Assembly (NCBI GenBank): GCA_963667255.1
Contig: OY762940.1
Span: forward strand, 480,001 to 544,000
From: Candidatus Cloacimonadota bacterium
GTDB taxonomy: Bacteria; Cloacimonadota; Cloacimonadia; G963667145
Length of the DNA stretch: 64,000 bases
Direction: 5' to 3'
Shown here piece after piece: positions 46,084 to 61,000 of the stretch. The first letter of the stretch is position 1. Each line of letters opens with the position of its first letter. A program made the position numbers and the translations under genes. The notes beneath the pieces are model-generated. The model did no database searches, was not told where the DNA came from, and saw only the letters and a program-made list of their open reading frames with translations.

Positions 46084-49000
46084 GTGTCTAACACAAAAGG
46101 CAGAAATTACGGCAGATACCTCAAGATATTTATAGGGCTACTGTTGTTTTCGTTGTTGAGTTGTAACGATATGATCGTAAACAATGACGAGATTCCTGTT
46201 CCTACTAATGTGCAAGCCAGCTCTACCTATACAGACAGGATAAGGGTTACTTGGACATGTTCCGATGCAACCAATTTCATTATTTACCGTGCCGAGAGTA
46301 GTAGCACCACGGCTACCAATTATACCAAGTTGGCAGAAGTTTCGGGGAACTCTTATGACGACAAGGAGAGCTCATTAGTCCCGGGGAAAATCTATTATTA
46401 CAAAGTTTCTTCCTACACATCTACAGTTTCTCAAAAATCCGATTTGACTGGTAGAGGAAGTATAAAAGTTGCTACTCTTGAGAGCCTGTCTGCTACTACC
46501 GACCAAGAATATAAGATAGTGTTGTCATGGACGCTTCCTTCTACGCTTAAAAGTTCTTTGATAGAAGGATATGTAACTATTTACTATTCAAGCAATCCCA
46601 GCACAGTAATGGCAGACCTTTCAGACTCTATTTCCCTGAGTAATTTGGCAGGAAGTTACAATTTAACCAATGTTACCATAGGTCAGACATATTATATCAA
46701 GACAAAAGTTTCCGTGAAAGGAACTGGTGAAAGTGATTTGAATTTAAAACATTCGGATGTCAGCTCTGTGGTTACGGGAAAAACCGCTCTGACTTCTCCG
46801 AAGAATGTTATCGCCAGTAAGGGAACTTATTCCGGTGGTATTCGTATTACTTGGGACAAAGTTGTGGGTGCAACTGCTTATTTAGTTTTAAGGGGAGAAG
46901 TCAATAGTTCTCAGCTCACTTATGGGACTACAGTTGGCACATTTTATAGTGGGGTTACTACATATACCGACAGAAATTATGTGGACACAACTATCACGAT
47001 GGGGCAGAGTTATCGCTATGCAGTTAAGACAATAGTTACCGAAAACAACAATACTGTTACTAAGGCGTTGAACTCGGGAATAAATGATAAGGACACTGCT
47101 GGAGTATATCTTAACTTGGGATATGCCAATTATTCTAAGCTTACGAATCAAGGCATTTCCACTGATAGTATTGGTAAGGTTGTTGTAAGTTATAAAGCTG
47201 CAACTACTTCGTTTGACAGTGTTTTCGTCCAATTGTATCGTCGCAATTATTCCAGTTCTGCTACCTTGTCACCATTGGGTTCTCCGGTTGCTATCTCCAG
47301 TGCTGTGTTTACTATGACAGACATTTCGGCTGTCCCGGGACAAAAATACTATTATTCTGCTAAAATATATAGATTGTCAGGCACCAACAAGATGGGCGAA
47401 TCTGCATATGCCGATGAAGTGGTGGGCTATAGCCGCTTGGAATCTCCGCAAAATTTGACTGCTACAGATGGTAGTAGTAGTGCGAATGTTATTGCCAGTT
47501 GGAATAAAGTAAAGGGAGCAATAACATATTACGCTTATATTGGAACAGACAGCACTTCCATGAGTTGCATGGGAACTACGCAAGACACCTTCTATGCTTT
47601 CACTCGGGCGTTCTATGAGACGGGCAAGATTTATTATTTCAAAGTCAGAGCATACAACAATGTTTATTCGGATTTTTCCAATATTGATACCGGCTGGATA
47701 AGGATAGCTGCCCCGAGCAGTTTGAGAGTTTCTGAAAGGTTGCAAACTACTCTCGGTTTGGAATGGGCTAGTGTAAGAAATGCAATATCTTATGTGATAA
47801 CACGAAAGAATAACACTTCAAACTCTGCATATGTGAAAGTGGATACGATAAGTTCAACATCTACTTCTTATACGGATACAGGATTGGTTTCAGGTGCATC
47901 CTACACCTATAAGCTTTATACTATTAGTAATCGCTATTTAACTGCTTCGAGTTCTTATCAGATGTCCGAGGCTTCTGACACATTAACAACAAGAACGCTG
48001 CTTGTTGCTCCTACTTTGGATTCCGTTTCCAGAGATTTGACCGACAAGATTATTGTTTATTGGACAAGCAATAGTGCTAGCAGTTTGACGGGACTGAAGT
48101 ATAGGATTTACAGAAAAAATGATAGAGGCGGGTATGATAATATAGGAGAATCTTCAACTACAACTTTTGAGGTTCCAATCGATTCTATTGTTCTCGGCAA
48201 GGTATACACTTTTGGAGTTAGTGCTGTGTATGATGTAGAGTCTGAACTGAGCCTAACCAAGACCGGATATAGCAAATTGGATGCTGCCAACAGTCTATCG
48301 GCTACTCAGGGACTACTTGCTGACACGGTTCGCTTGACTTGGCATACTGCTCTCAAAAGTGGTGCAGAGCAGTTCAAAATAGTGAGGACAAAATCTGGCG
48401 AGAATGATTATTTGCAGGTCGGCTCGCTGACAGATTTGACCACTGCCACGGTAACTTCTACTTATCGAGGGTATACTTATAATGATGTTTCCAATTTAGA
48501 AGGTGGTCAGAATTATGACTACAAAGTGGAATCTTATCGCTCGGATTATACACTTCAGTCGGGAGTTAGTAAGATATACAGTAATGTTGCCACCGGAAGA
48601 ATTAAGATATTGCCTCCTGAGATATATAAAGTCGATTGTGGCGTATCAAGCGGGAAGATTACTATTATTTTCAACAAGTTAGCTTCAGCTTCCTCATATC
48701 GTTGTTATTACTCCAAAGATGGAAGTTTTTCCGATAGCACTTATGTTTCAATAGCCACAGGTGCTGTTACCACTTATGCTGAGAACAAACTCAAGTATGA
48801 AATGGCTATTAGCACTCTCGGGTTGAAAGACGGACAATTGTGCTATTTCAAGATGGCTGCGGTAGTCTCAAATGAGGTTTCGGCTCTATCTGACATGAAG
48901 CCTGGATTTTCTCTTCCGGTCAAACCGGTTATTTGTTCTCAAGGCACTAAGGGGACTCAGGACTACATCCATTTTGCATGGAACAAGGTGAGCAATCCGG

Positions 49001-52000
49001 ACAATATCAGATACGAAATCCTTAGAACAAGAAATTCCGACTATTCCACTACCATTATTATGACCACGGATAGTTTTTACAAAGATACCTCTGTGGTGCC
49101 CGGGTTCAAATATTTTTACAAATGTAGGGCAGTTGACCAAACAGCTTTGAATGCCTGCAACACTGCTTATTCCTCAGCTTTTGACAGTATGTTGGTCAAA
49201 TCGTTGTATTCCGATACGACCTCCGGTTATGTCAAGGTGGGCAAAGTTAAAGACTTGTCAGCCAGTAATAATAAACAAGATTCGGTGGAGTTGACTTGGA
49301 CATCTCTTGCAAAGGGCGTTAGTTATGATGTCGTGAGAAGACCTGTTAATAGCACTACTTGGAGCACGATTATTAGCAGTTTGGATACGGGCTGGTGTAT
49401 TGATAGCAAAACTTATAACAATGTGCAGGGATATTCATATTATTATAAAATAAAATCTTATACTAACGACTACCCGAATATTTACACTTTATCGGATAGT
49501 GTCCAAGGGCATATGGCACCTTCGCCTCCGCAAAATGTTGTTGCCAGCAAAGGAGAATATGCGGACACGATAAAAGTTAGTTGGGATACTTTGCCCATGG
49601 TTAGTAGTTATTCGGTATTGAGAATAGATGGCAATGGGACATTAATGCCAATTTCCCCAAATGTAACTTCCAGTGGGTCGAGAGTCTATTTTTATGATAT
49701 TAATCTAACCAAAGGCTTGGGCTATTTATATTTAGTTAGGGCAAATTTGGATTACAGCATGGGACAGACCGTATATAGCGACACATCCATCGCTTCCCTA
49801 AAAACTTCTGCAACCGGATATACAAAATTGCCCAAAGTGGGAAGCATTACAGCGACTCAAGGGACTTATCGAGACAGCATCAGAATTTCGTGGAGCAAAG
49901 TAGGCGTCGCTACCTCTTACAGTCTTTTCCGCTATTATCAAGGGACACTAAAAAACGAATACACTGTAACTGACACGGTTTATTTGAACAAGCGGTCTGC
50001 AGACTTAAATGACGGGCAGATTTATAGTTATGTGGTTTTTGCCAAAAAAGGAACTATAGAGTCGGTTAGTTCCAGTGACACAGCTAAAGGCTATTTGCAA
50101 CTTTGTGGACCGAAGAATGTAGAAGCAACTCAAGGTCTTAAGGACACTATTGTTATCTCTTGGGATACTCTCACGGCCACTACCATAGATTCTTATTATA
50201 TTTATCTTTCAACTAATTTGAATGTTGCTTTGGGTGGAGTGAAGTCTCCCGCTAAGAGATATGCTTATCCCGTGCCATCTGCTGATAAGGGAGCAACAAT
50301 AGGCTTCGTTGTGAAGGGGAAGAGTTCATCGTTTGGGCTGAGTGCAACGAGCGATGTGGCGAGTGGATATTGCTTGGTGGACACCCTAACCAATTTCAAG
50401 GCAGTAGGAGCGGATACAGCTTCTGCTAATCCTAAAGTAGTGCTTAGTTGGACATCTCCTGCCAGTGCGGATTCCATAAGGATACAGGTAAAGACGGGAG
50501 CCACTTGGGACGCTTTGGCGGTCTTGCCAAAAGACACGACTTCGTTTACCGATACAGGCAGAATAGTAGGAAGGAGTATCCAATACAGAGCTCAAGGAAT
50601 AAGGACTGTGAGCGGAGTTGAGCGAAATTCCGGATTTGTCTATACCAACATCTCTTTGCATATCCCGACCATAGCTTTTGATACCATCACCAAGGGCGAC
50701 TATCTATCATATGTATATTTGACTTGGCCTTGTTTGCCGAGCAAAGATGAGGCGAACTTCCAAATTTTTGTTTATGAAACTGAAGAGAAATACAATTCGG
50801 GAACTGTTTTTGACACACTGACAGTTGTGGAGTCAGGCAAAAGCTCATATGCGTTTAAACACAGTGCAAATACAGCTAAAAACGGCTTTGTCAAAGGGAC
50901 GAAGTATTTCTATAGGATTCGCACGAATACTATCACCGATGGGACATGGTCGGCATTAACACCTATGAACCCTACTCCAAGCGTTTATTACGGCTGGTCT
51001 AAGACTCCCGCACCGATACTGGATAGTGTTACTACAAACCTTGTCGGTTCTATAAAGATTTACTGGAGATATGGAAGTGGTGCTAGCAGTGGTCAGGTAA
51101 GGACAGTAGGTTTTGGTATCACAAAAATAGCAGATGTTAGTGGCACTTATTTGGAGAGGAATACAGAGATTTTTAGTGGACAGTATTATACTATTTCTGT
51201 CAGAGCAATTAACCCGGCGATAAGAGATACTTCCGACTGGAGCAATTCTCTCATCGGATTGGCACAAGTTGGACCGCCTTCTGTTTTTTCCGCTTCTGAC
51301 GGAACTAAAAATGATACAGTGCAACTCTCATGGGGCATATCTGGGACTACACCTAACTATGGAGCGGAAAAATATGTAATTGAGAGAGGGTTGGACACCA
51401 GTAATTTTAATGTGCTTCAAACTGTAGAAGATAATTCGTGGAATATAGGTGAGCAGGCTAGAACTCTCACATATAATGATGTGTTGACCAATTCTGAAAT
51501 AGGGAAGATGTATTATTACCGTATCTATGCCAAAGGGGGAGTGGGTAACACTTCTGCTCCGAGCAAGATAGACTCCGGTTGGGCAAAGATACCCGCTCCG
51601 GAAATCACAGGCTACACTGGTTACAATGGCTCGTTGCCTCTGGAGACGGACTCCATTAGAGTGACTTGGAGCGACCCTTGTTCTTTGGCGACAGCTTCGA
51701 CTGTTTATAATATTGTTGTTACGATGAACGGGAACACAACCAATCATATAAGAAATTGGAATTCAAAAAGTTTCAGTCTTAATATTGCTCAGGCTGATAG
51801 ATATCAAGGAATCAATGTAAAAATTTATTCTGCGAGAAATACCTTCGGAAATTCCTTGGAAACAGCCAGTTTGCTGACCTACACCATATTGCCGGTAGTT
51901 GCTAAGGGCGATATTATAAAGAGCCTGACTGCAACTGACAAGGGAGTTTCCCTCAGTTACAAAGGAACTAATGCCTGGGTTGACTCTATTATCTTCTTGA

Positions 52001-55000
52001 GAAAAGTAAGTGGTAGCACGGTCTCCACTCAAGTAGCTAAAGTTGCTAATCCGGGAAGTTCAATTACTGTGACCTACGGAGATTCCAGTGGGCTTATTTT
52101 GAGCACGGTCTATGGTTACAGTTTCAAACTGTATAGCAAATATGCCGGATATTCGGTCGAGAGTGATACAGTTTCGGTGAAGACGAAAGTTATTCCTCCT
52201 GAAAGCTTTAGTGCGACCAAAGGCACTTCCACGAGCAATGTTACCATGTCGTGGACATCTGTTGCTTCAGGAACTAGGAAGATTTCTTACAATATTTATG
52301 CTGATACTGTTTATCAAGACTTTAAAGCTTCCGTTGCTGCAGGTAACAAGATGATATCGCCTGCTGTAGCCAGCTCTCCAGTATCTTTCACTGCCGGGAC
52401 TCTTCTTAATTCTTGGTTAACATTAGAAAGAGGTAGAAAATATTATTTCACCGCAACGACCAATGAAACAAGCATTTATGCTGGAGTAAACTCTATCTCG
52501 GTTCCTTCAAACATAGATTCGGGCTATATTTCACTTGCTAAGCCTGTTTTGGACAGTGTTTCCAAAGGGGCATATTCCGATTCCATTATTGTCAGATGGC
52601 GAGCTTGCAACGCTTACAAGCATAACACTTATGTGAAATACAAGTTGTATTGGTCTTGCGATGGCGGAGCACAAAGCACCAAAATTATAAGTTCGTCCGA
52701 CTATACTTATGACGGAACATATATAAGATACGCTTTGCCCAAGACAGAAGGATCGATTACCAATCTTTTGGCGAAAAAAGTCTATACTTTTAAAGTTAGA
52801 GGTGTGATGACAGCGTCTGCTTCTACTTTTGAGGATAGCTCCGAGATTAGCATCAGCGGATTGACCGGATGGTTGGCTCTTGCGAGACCTACAAGTTTTA
52901 AAGCGAATTACTCAGGATATTCACCGGACAAAATACAACTTAGATGGAATAATCCGGACAATTTGTTGGTGAGAATCTATATGAGCAACAATAAATCTAC
53001 ACTTTGGGATAACTTCCTATACTCTGCGGCAAAGGGTGCTACAACATATGATGTTCCGATAGAATCCGATACCAATAGGGGTGTGTATAAATATTTCGGA
53101 GCGAGATTTTATGACCAAACTTTTGGGCTATCTAATATTGCTGACACAGGATGCCAAGATTCCGGTTTAGCTCAAATAGACACCATAAAAATTACCAGTG
53201 TTTCGCGAGGCGATTATCTTGATAGCATTTTGGTTTATTGGGACTCATTGCCCAATGTTAACCAATATCAAGTGAGAGTAGACGATATTTCTGGCAACCT
53301 TGTTCAGAGCTATAGTTGGAGTTCGTATTCTGTTTTTAGGGAAACATTTAAGGGGAGCAATTTAACGAAAGGTCAAAAATACTATTTCAAGGTTAAGGCT
53401 CGAAATTCTGCCATTCCTATCCCAGCAGTTGAGGGCAGTTTCCAGAGTAAAGGTGTTTATGGCTTTACTCAATTGCCTAAGGTAACAGGAGTTACAGCTA
53501 CAGATGGCATACACTCCGACAGGATAAGAATACAGTGGACAGCTTTATCGGGGGCACAAGAGTATGTTGTTTATCGCTCTGAAGATACTATCAGTGTGGG
53601 TTCGCCGATTGCCACCGTTACGACTAATTCTCACGATGATAGTGCATCCACCTTGGTCTTTGCTAAAGATTATTATTACAGAATTTTGGGAGTCAATAGT
53701 TGGACAAGAGACATTAGTGCTTCCAAGAAAAATTATTCTGCTTTTGATACAGGCTGGATTAAGCTGCCGATAGTTAAGAATATATCCGCTTCCAAGGGGA
53801 CTCTCGAAGGGAAAATTTTGGTTTCTTGGGACCAACTGTCCAGAGTAGATGGCTATTATATTGATACTTGCGGGTATGGACTTTCTACTTATGGGACTCT
53901 CGATTCCATTACTTCCGCCAGCACCAGCAGAGTTTATTATTATGAATCTAACGGTTTGAAACTGGGCAGATGCTATTATTTCAAGGTTAGAGCATATACG
54001 GGGAATAGGTCAAACAGTTTGTCTGAAGTTACAGCCGATTCTGGTTATATGTCTCTAGGCAAAGTGCAAAATGTTAGAGCATCTCAAGGGACATATGCTG
54101 ATTCTATTAGGGTTCTCTTCAATAAAGTTACTGGTTACACACAAGCTAACCAGTATGAATTGCAAAGATATAGTGTCTCCAAAACGAATACTGCAACCGT
54201 AGGACAATATGCTTCGTTTGCTATTGTGGCTGATACTGTCGCTGTTGTGGACACCTCTTTTAACCCAGAGAGAGAAGGTTTCATCTACAAATATCGGGTG
54301 AGGATAGCCATTCCGTCGCAATTGCTGTGGTCAGAGTGGAGCGATTGGGGATTGGAAGGTTGGAGTTCTTTGCCGAAATTGGCTATCAAGGTATATGATG
54401 AGCAGGATTCTTTGAAGGTTGATACCATCAAGGTTCATTGGGATACATCGTCATTTGCGGGGAGAAGTGCCACCAAGATAGAGCTTCAATATGGGGCAGA
54501 TACCGTGAGCTTCTCCAAATCGGTTATCCTCAATAAGCAAGAGCAACTTGATAAGGGCTACTTGATGCTTGATGCCGAGAATTATGTTACTATCAAGCAA
54601 GGTCAGGTCTTCTATTTCAGAGCAAAAATCTATAGAACAGAGGGAACGAGCGAGATTTCGTCCGCTTTCTCTGCGATAGACTCCGGATGGTATCAGCTCA
54701 AGAAGGTAACTATGAGCACCATGGGATTGGGACAATATGCCGACTCCATCTATGTCAGTTGGACACCACAGTCAAGTCTGCCATCGTTAGTATTGTCTGC
54801 TATGACATACGAGATATTTAGAAATGGAGTGCGTTTGGACTCTGTGATCGGTGGCAAGACCAGTTATTACGACACTACAGGCATAGATAGAGGGAAGTCC
54901 TTTACTTACGCTATCAGAGCTTCGCACAATAAATTTAAGAAATCGAGTGTAAGTGATTCGGCAAAAGGTTATGCAACTATTTTAACTCCGATGCTTGACA

Positions 55001-58000
55001 CTGTTAGAGTTAGCGGGGACGACCTCAAGGTTGAATGGAGATATAGCACGGGAGTTGACATTGACTCGTTTTATGTGTATCGCTTAGAGAGTAGAGATGC
55101 CTCTCTACCAGAGCCTACACATTCGGCTGCTTATAGTTCCGCTGTTTCCAGCTACTCTTGGACTAATACCGCTTGCGAAAAAGGTAAAGATTATTTCTAT
55201 TGTGTAAGGGCTTATAAAAGAGGATTGTCTTTGTCCGACACGAGTCAAATAAAGAGCAACTATATCAAGTTGGATGTTCCGGTGATAGACACGGTTTCAA
55301 GGGGAACAAGCACTTCTCAAATTGTAATCAAATGGAAAGACGACACCTACGCTAAGCAATTGTCTATTGTGCGTGATACCTTGTCCAACTTCTCCACTGC
55401 CAAGATTTTGGATACGGTTAACTTTACTGTAAAGACCTATACTGATGCGAACAACTTGCAAGATGGCAAGATTTATTATTACAAAATAAATAGCATTAGA
55501 GGTAGGTTTACTTCCGACACCAGCAAGTTTGTAGCCGGATATACGAGCTATAAAGTCCCTGCTTTTGATGGCATCGTGAACAACGAAGACAGTATTCAGG
55601 TTAAGTGGAAAGAGAACGGAAGTTCCGCCGATTCTGTTTTGCTTGTTATTGGAAATGATGTTCAGGTTACCTCACCTCTTGATTCGATGCAGACAGGAGA
55701 CAAAGAGACAAAAAACCTTATCACTAAGTTCAATTCTCCCACATGGTTTGTCAGAGGCAAAGAGTATTATATTCGGATAAAAGGTATTTCGCACTATAAT
55801 ACGGTGAAGAGAGAGGGAAATTCTGCGGAGAAATTTGCTGTTTGTTCCGATTATGCCAATGCAAAAATCTGTTACTCCTCTTTGCAAGTGCCACAGATTT
55901 CAGTTACTCGAAATCTATTGGATACTGTTAAGGTTTCTTGGAACAAGATGGCGAGCGATGTCGTTTCTGTTGTCCGTGTTGAATGGAAACAGGGTGCTTT
56001 TGGTGTTGCAGGAGACAGTATCTATCGGGAATTGAACAACGATGGTGTAGATACTGTGCTGGAGATTAAGGTTGATTCTTCTGAATATAAGCTTTTGGCA
56101 GCAACCAAATATAAATTCCGAGTCAGGTTCTTTAGAGGAACTATCTCTTCCGCTTACTCTAATGTGGATACAGGTTGGAGCAAACTACCTGCACCAGTTT
56201 CCTTGTCTGTGAGCCGAGCTACTTATGACGATTCGTTGCGTTTTACATGGAATAACTATTTGAACGGAACAGACAAAAACAAAGATAGCACTTACGAATA
56301 TGTTTTGGAATATGAAAAAAATTCCAGCTATGCGTTATTCAAAAGAATTTCCGCTCGAGAGAGTTTCTACGATGTAGTTTATAATGCTAATAGCATACCG
56401 CTGGGAGTAGAAACAAAATTCAGAATCAGAGGTGTTTATAGAGCAGGAGAGAAGATAGATAGTGTAACTACTAATCTTCCCACTGCAACTGGTTGGACAC
56501 GACTTATCCCTCCGATAGATACTGCAGCCGATTCATCTACTGTGAGCAAGAATATTGTAGGAAAAATTAAAATAAAGTGGACAAACAAATTAACAGATGC
56601 GACACAAAAGACTGCATATAATAACATGGGAGTGGTGTATCAGGTAGAGAGAAGAAAATCGACAGAGTCTTTTATTGAGTCGGGTTACCAGACAGTATCT
56701 TCTTATTTGGTAGACTCTTTTATAGATAGTAGCAATCTGTGGCCTCAATACACTTATTATTATCGGGTTCGATATTTTAGTCCGCATTATTACAATCTCT
56801 TGGGGAGCACAAGTAAGAGTATCTCTCCGTGGGTAGAGATAAAAGACTCCGGATATTTGAAATTGGCCACTCCGACTGTAGAAGTGGGCGTAGTGGGAAC
56901 TTATTATACTGATAGTGTCTTATTGAGGGTCAAGAGAGTTTACGGCTCTGACAGTTTATATCTTTATAGAAAATCCGCAGATGAAACAGGCTACACTTTG
57001 TGGGATACTGTTATATTCCCCTCCACTTCCACTTTGATATACGGAGCAAAGAGCTATTATACAGATGCCAGAAAGATCAGAAGAGGTCAAGCCTATAGTT
57101 ATAAAGCGGTAGCGTTGGCTGGGATAAGGAAGTCAGACACCAGTGCAGCTTGTTCTACCTTTACTTTGTTAGGGAAAGTTTCCAATGTTGTTGCCACCGA
57201 TGCTACGAGTGAAGATTCTGTAGTGGTTACTTGGGATACTGTCGCTTTTGCCGATTTCTATGATATCAGAGTGGAAAATGAGAATGGAGCTACTCTGTTT
57301 GGGACTGTGCGATTGAATAAACAAGATACCATTATTGCAGTGAAGAAGAAGTCGTTGGGTGGTTTGCTGGATTATGGAGTTATTTACAAATTTGGAGTAA
57401 TAGGGAAAAGTAAAAATTGCGTTTACAATGGAGACACTCTAGGAACTGAAGCTGTTTATGATAAGGGCTATTTGAGATTTACCAAACCGACCATAACCGC
57501 TCTTTCCAAAGATTCTGTGGGCAAAATCAAAATAGGTGTTTCTTACCCCAATTCCGGATTCACCTTTAAAGTTTATCGTAGCCCAGATTCTGCTTATTTT
57601 AAGAACACAACAAATCAATATGACAAATATGAAAAGATTGAGGCAATTCTCACCGACTCTGGTAATGGTGGTTATCAATGTGTAGATTATACTTCGGTGA
57701 CAAATGGGACTAATGGAGTTCATTACGCATACTTCATTCAAGCCGTTAGCGGCTCTATAGCTTCCGCTATTTCCGACAGCACCAAGAGTGATACGGCTAC
57801 GGATATTAATAAGCGTTTCGGATATAGCAAGATTGCTGCATATCCAGGAGAACTCTCTGCTACAAAGGGGATAAGCACCGATTCTTTGGTGGTCAGTTGG
57901 CCAGTGCCGGAGATAGCATCTAAACTTGACTCCATAAAGTATCAATGGTTTGAATACAAAGACGATGTAGCCAAAGATTCGGGAATAGTAAAAGGGACGA

Positions 58001-61000
58001 AAGTAGTTAGAGATACAACAACCAATGCTAGAGGTGTGAGATACAAATACAGAATTAAGTTGAAAGCGTATGACAAGAATGGCAACAACTATACTACCTC
58101 CGATATTTCTCTTGATTCGAAGACAGGTTGGATTTCCTTAGATACCCCGACCATTGTTTTGACTCGTGATGCTCTGAAAAACAATGTTATCTCCATTAGT
58201 AACAGCACATTGCCATTTGGTTTATTTAGGACAATTAACGGTGTTAGTATGTCGGAGATTAGAGTTTCCGCCGGTAAATCTTATACAGATTCTGTCTTGT
58301 ATGCCAATTACTATGTTGGTAAGCATGTAAGTTATACAGTCAAAACTTATAATAGCGATTTCACTTTGCAATCTCCTTTCTCTCTGGCTGTGGATACTTA
58401 TTACTATATTTATCCTCCTGCTTATTTTGCTGCATCACAAGGGACTTATGAGAATAAGATTTCGCTGAATTGGGCATGGAAAAACCAAGAAAAAGCACAT
58501 GTCGATAGTTTTATTCTTTATCGTTATAACAACAGTGTATTGAGTAAGAGAGTTGCTTTGACAGAGAGCAATCTTACGATAAACCTTGCCGGTGATTCGC
58601 TTTTATATTACGATATCGATGAGATTAAACAAGGCGTTTCTTATAGATATGGCATCAAGACCAAGAGAGTAAATACCGGTTTTAGCAATAGAGAGTCTGA
58701 CACTACTTGGAATATCAAAAATGGATATGCAACATTCTCTGCTCCGCAAAATCTCACTGCCAGTAAGACTGCGAAACAGGTTACTATCAAGTGGGATTCC
58801 CTTAGAAATCAAGGAAGTGTAGGCGGATACATTCTCTTCTATACAGCGGATAAGAGCAAGGCTTTGTCGCTTTGGGATACTGCCGTGGTAACGGATACTG
58901 TATTGACTCAATCTGGAACCAAAGCTGTTCCTGAGGGGACAATCAGATGGTATAAGGTCGCTGCGTTTAGTAGCATTGTGGACACAGGGACTGTCTCTAC
59001 GAGCGATGTTTACGGATACGCCTTGATGAATGCACCGAGCGGACTTAATTGTTGTGAAGCTGTATCGGTGGATTCTATTAGAGTTACTTGGACAAAAAAA
59101 GCCGATATCTACAAAACATACTATTTGCAATGGGCTTTGGATACTGCTTCCAATAGCAATGGAACTTTTGTAAAGCCTCTCGGGGAAAAGGGAGATTACG
59201 ATTATAGCACTTCCAGTTTTGTTTTAGATTCGTTTACTATTCCTATTACTGCCGACTCGTTACGAGGCAGGAGAATTTATGTAAAACTTTGGGCACAAAA
59301 TAGTTACGGTCGGTCTGAGCCTGCTTTGGATAGCGGTTACACGAGATTGGCGAAATTGACCAGCTTGTCTGTTAGCAAGGGACTGAGAAAAGACAGTTTG
59401 CGAATTTCTTTTGCCAAGCCGAGTGATGCCAATACAGCAAGCTTCAACTTGATAGTGGATACTTTAGGTTCTAATTTTAGTTCTCCTGAGCGTAAAATTG
59501 AATCGATTGTTACGATGGATACAATCCTCAAAGTCAATCATTCGGGATATTATTACAAGGTCGGAGTTAGTGCCAATAGTAATCTGACCGGTGCAGGTTC
59601 CGATACGATTTGGGATAGTGGATATAGCAAAATTCCTGCTCCTACGGGAATTACGGCAGAGGCTCTCAAAACCGGATACAACAAAATAACTTGGAACAAG
59701 GGTTACATAGGAGCAAATCAGGAGATTAGTTATTCAGTTTACCGTAAAGATAATAGCAACGCTGTAGCGACTGTGGTAAATAGATACAAAGATGCCTCTG
59801 CATCTGCAACAAGCAGTCTGATAGATTCTTCGTGTATGCCCGGATATCACTACGAATATTATCTTAGAGCTTATGCTACTTCTAGACCTTTTAATAGCTC
59901 TGTATCTATAGAATCGGATACATCCGCTCATGCCAGTGTCGACACGAAGATAGGAATAATTGCCAATTTCATTCAAGATACTAACGCCTTTAGCCAAACT
60001 TCAGCGTCATTGTATTGGAGTCAAAGAGGAGATTTGGTTAACTATGAGATTTGGTATTCTCGTTTTGCCGATACGACAACCGCCAAAAAAATAGATGTAA
60101 CCATTGCCAACAGTAATTTTTATACCTCAATTAGTGATTCCCTTGCTAATTTCCCGGGGATGCTTTGGCACTTCTGGATAAAAGCCAAAACTGCCTCAGG
60201 ACTTACAGGCACTTGGACTCCGGACAACGATACGGGACTTTTGGTATATACTTTGCCGAGTATTTCCACCATCGATTCTGTAAGTGAAGGGGTCTCTGAG
60301 GACACAATTTATGTTAGATGGTCTAAATCTAAATACAGTAAATTCAGATTAGCGTATCGTAAAAGCAGTGCTACGACTTGGGATACTTTATCTGCTCGAG
60401 CAGACACCATTGCTAAAATTTCTAAAACTACCCATTCTCTAATCAGAGGGGAACAGTATTATTTCAAAGTCAACTCTTTGATAGATAGCGGAACAGTGTC
60501 TCCGATGGGCTCTACTCATGGTGCATACGGCAGATACCTTGAGTCTGGATATTCCGAGAGCAAAGTCGGATATTTGAAATACGATACGATAGCCAATTTC
60601 CGAGTTTATAACCAAGCCGACAGCATCAAAGACGATAGGATAAATCTGTATTGGGACAAAACAGAAGGGAGCAATGTTTCTTATCTGCTTTATCGTTCTA
60701 CGACCAGCGATGTAAGCACAGCATCTCTTATGTCAATGTCCACTCTAACTGATGTAGGTTACTATGAGGATGCTCGTGCTAATAATGGGTCTGCTCCGTT
60801 GCCTGGGAAAGCTTATTACTATTGGATTACAGCCAAGAAGAACACTTTGCCCAATTCCGAAGGTGAAAAGAAGAAATTGAGAGGATACGCCAATAACGCC
60901 TTCAACGGTGTGGATAGTGCATGGACAAAACTTATTGCACCATCTAATCTCAAGGTTTCCGGAGTGTTCTATTCCTCCACGATGAAGAACGATAAGAGCC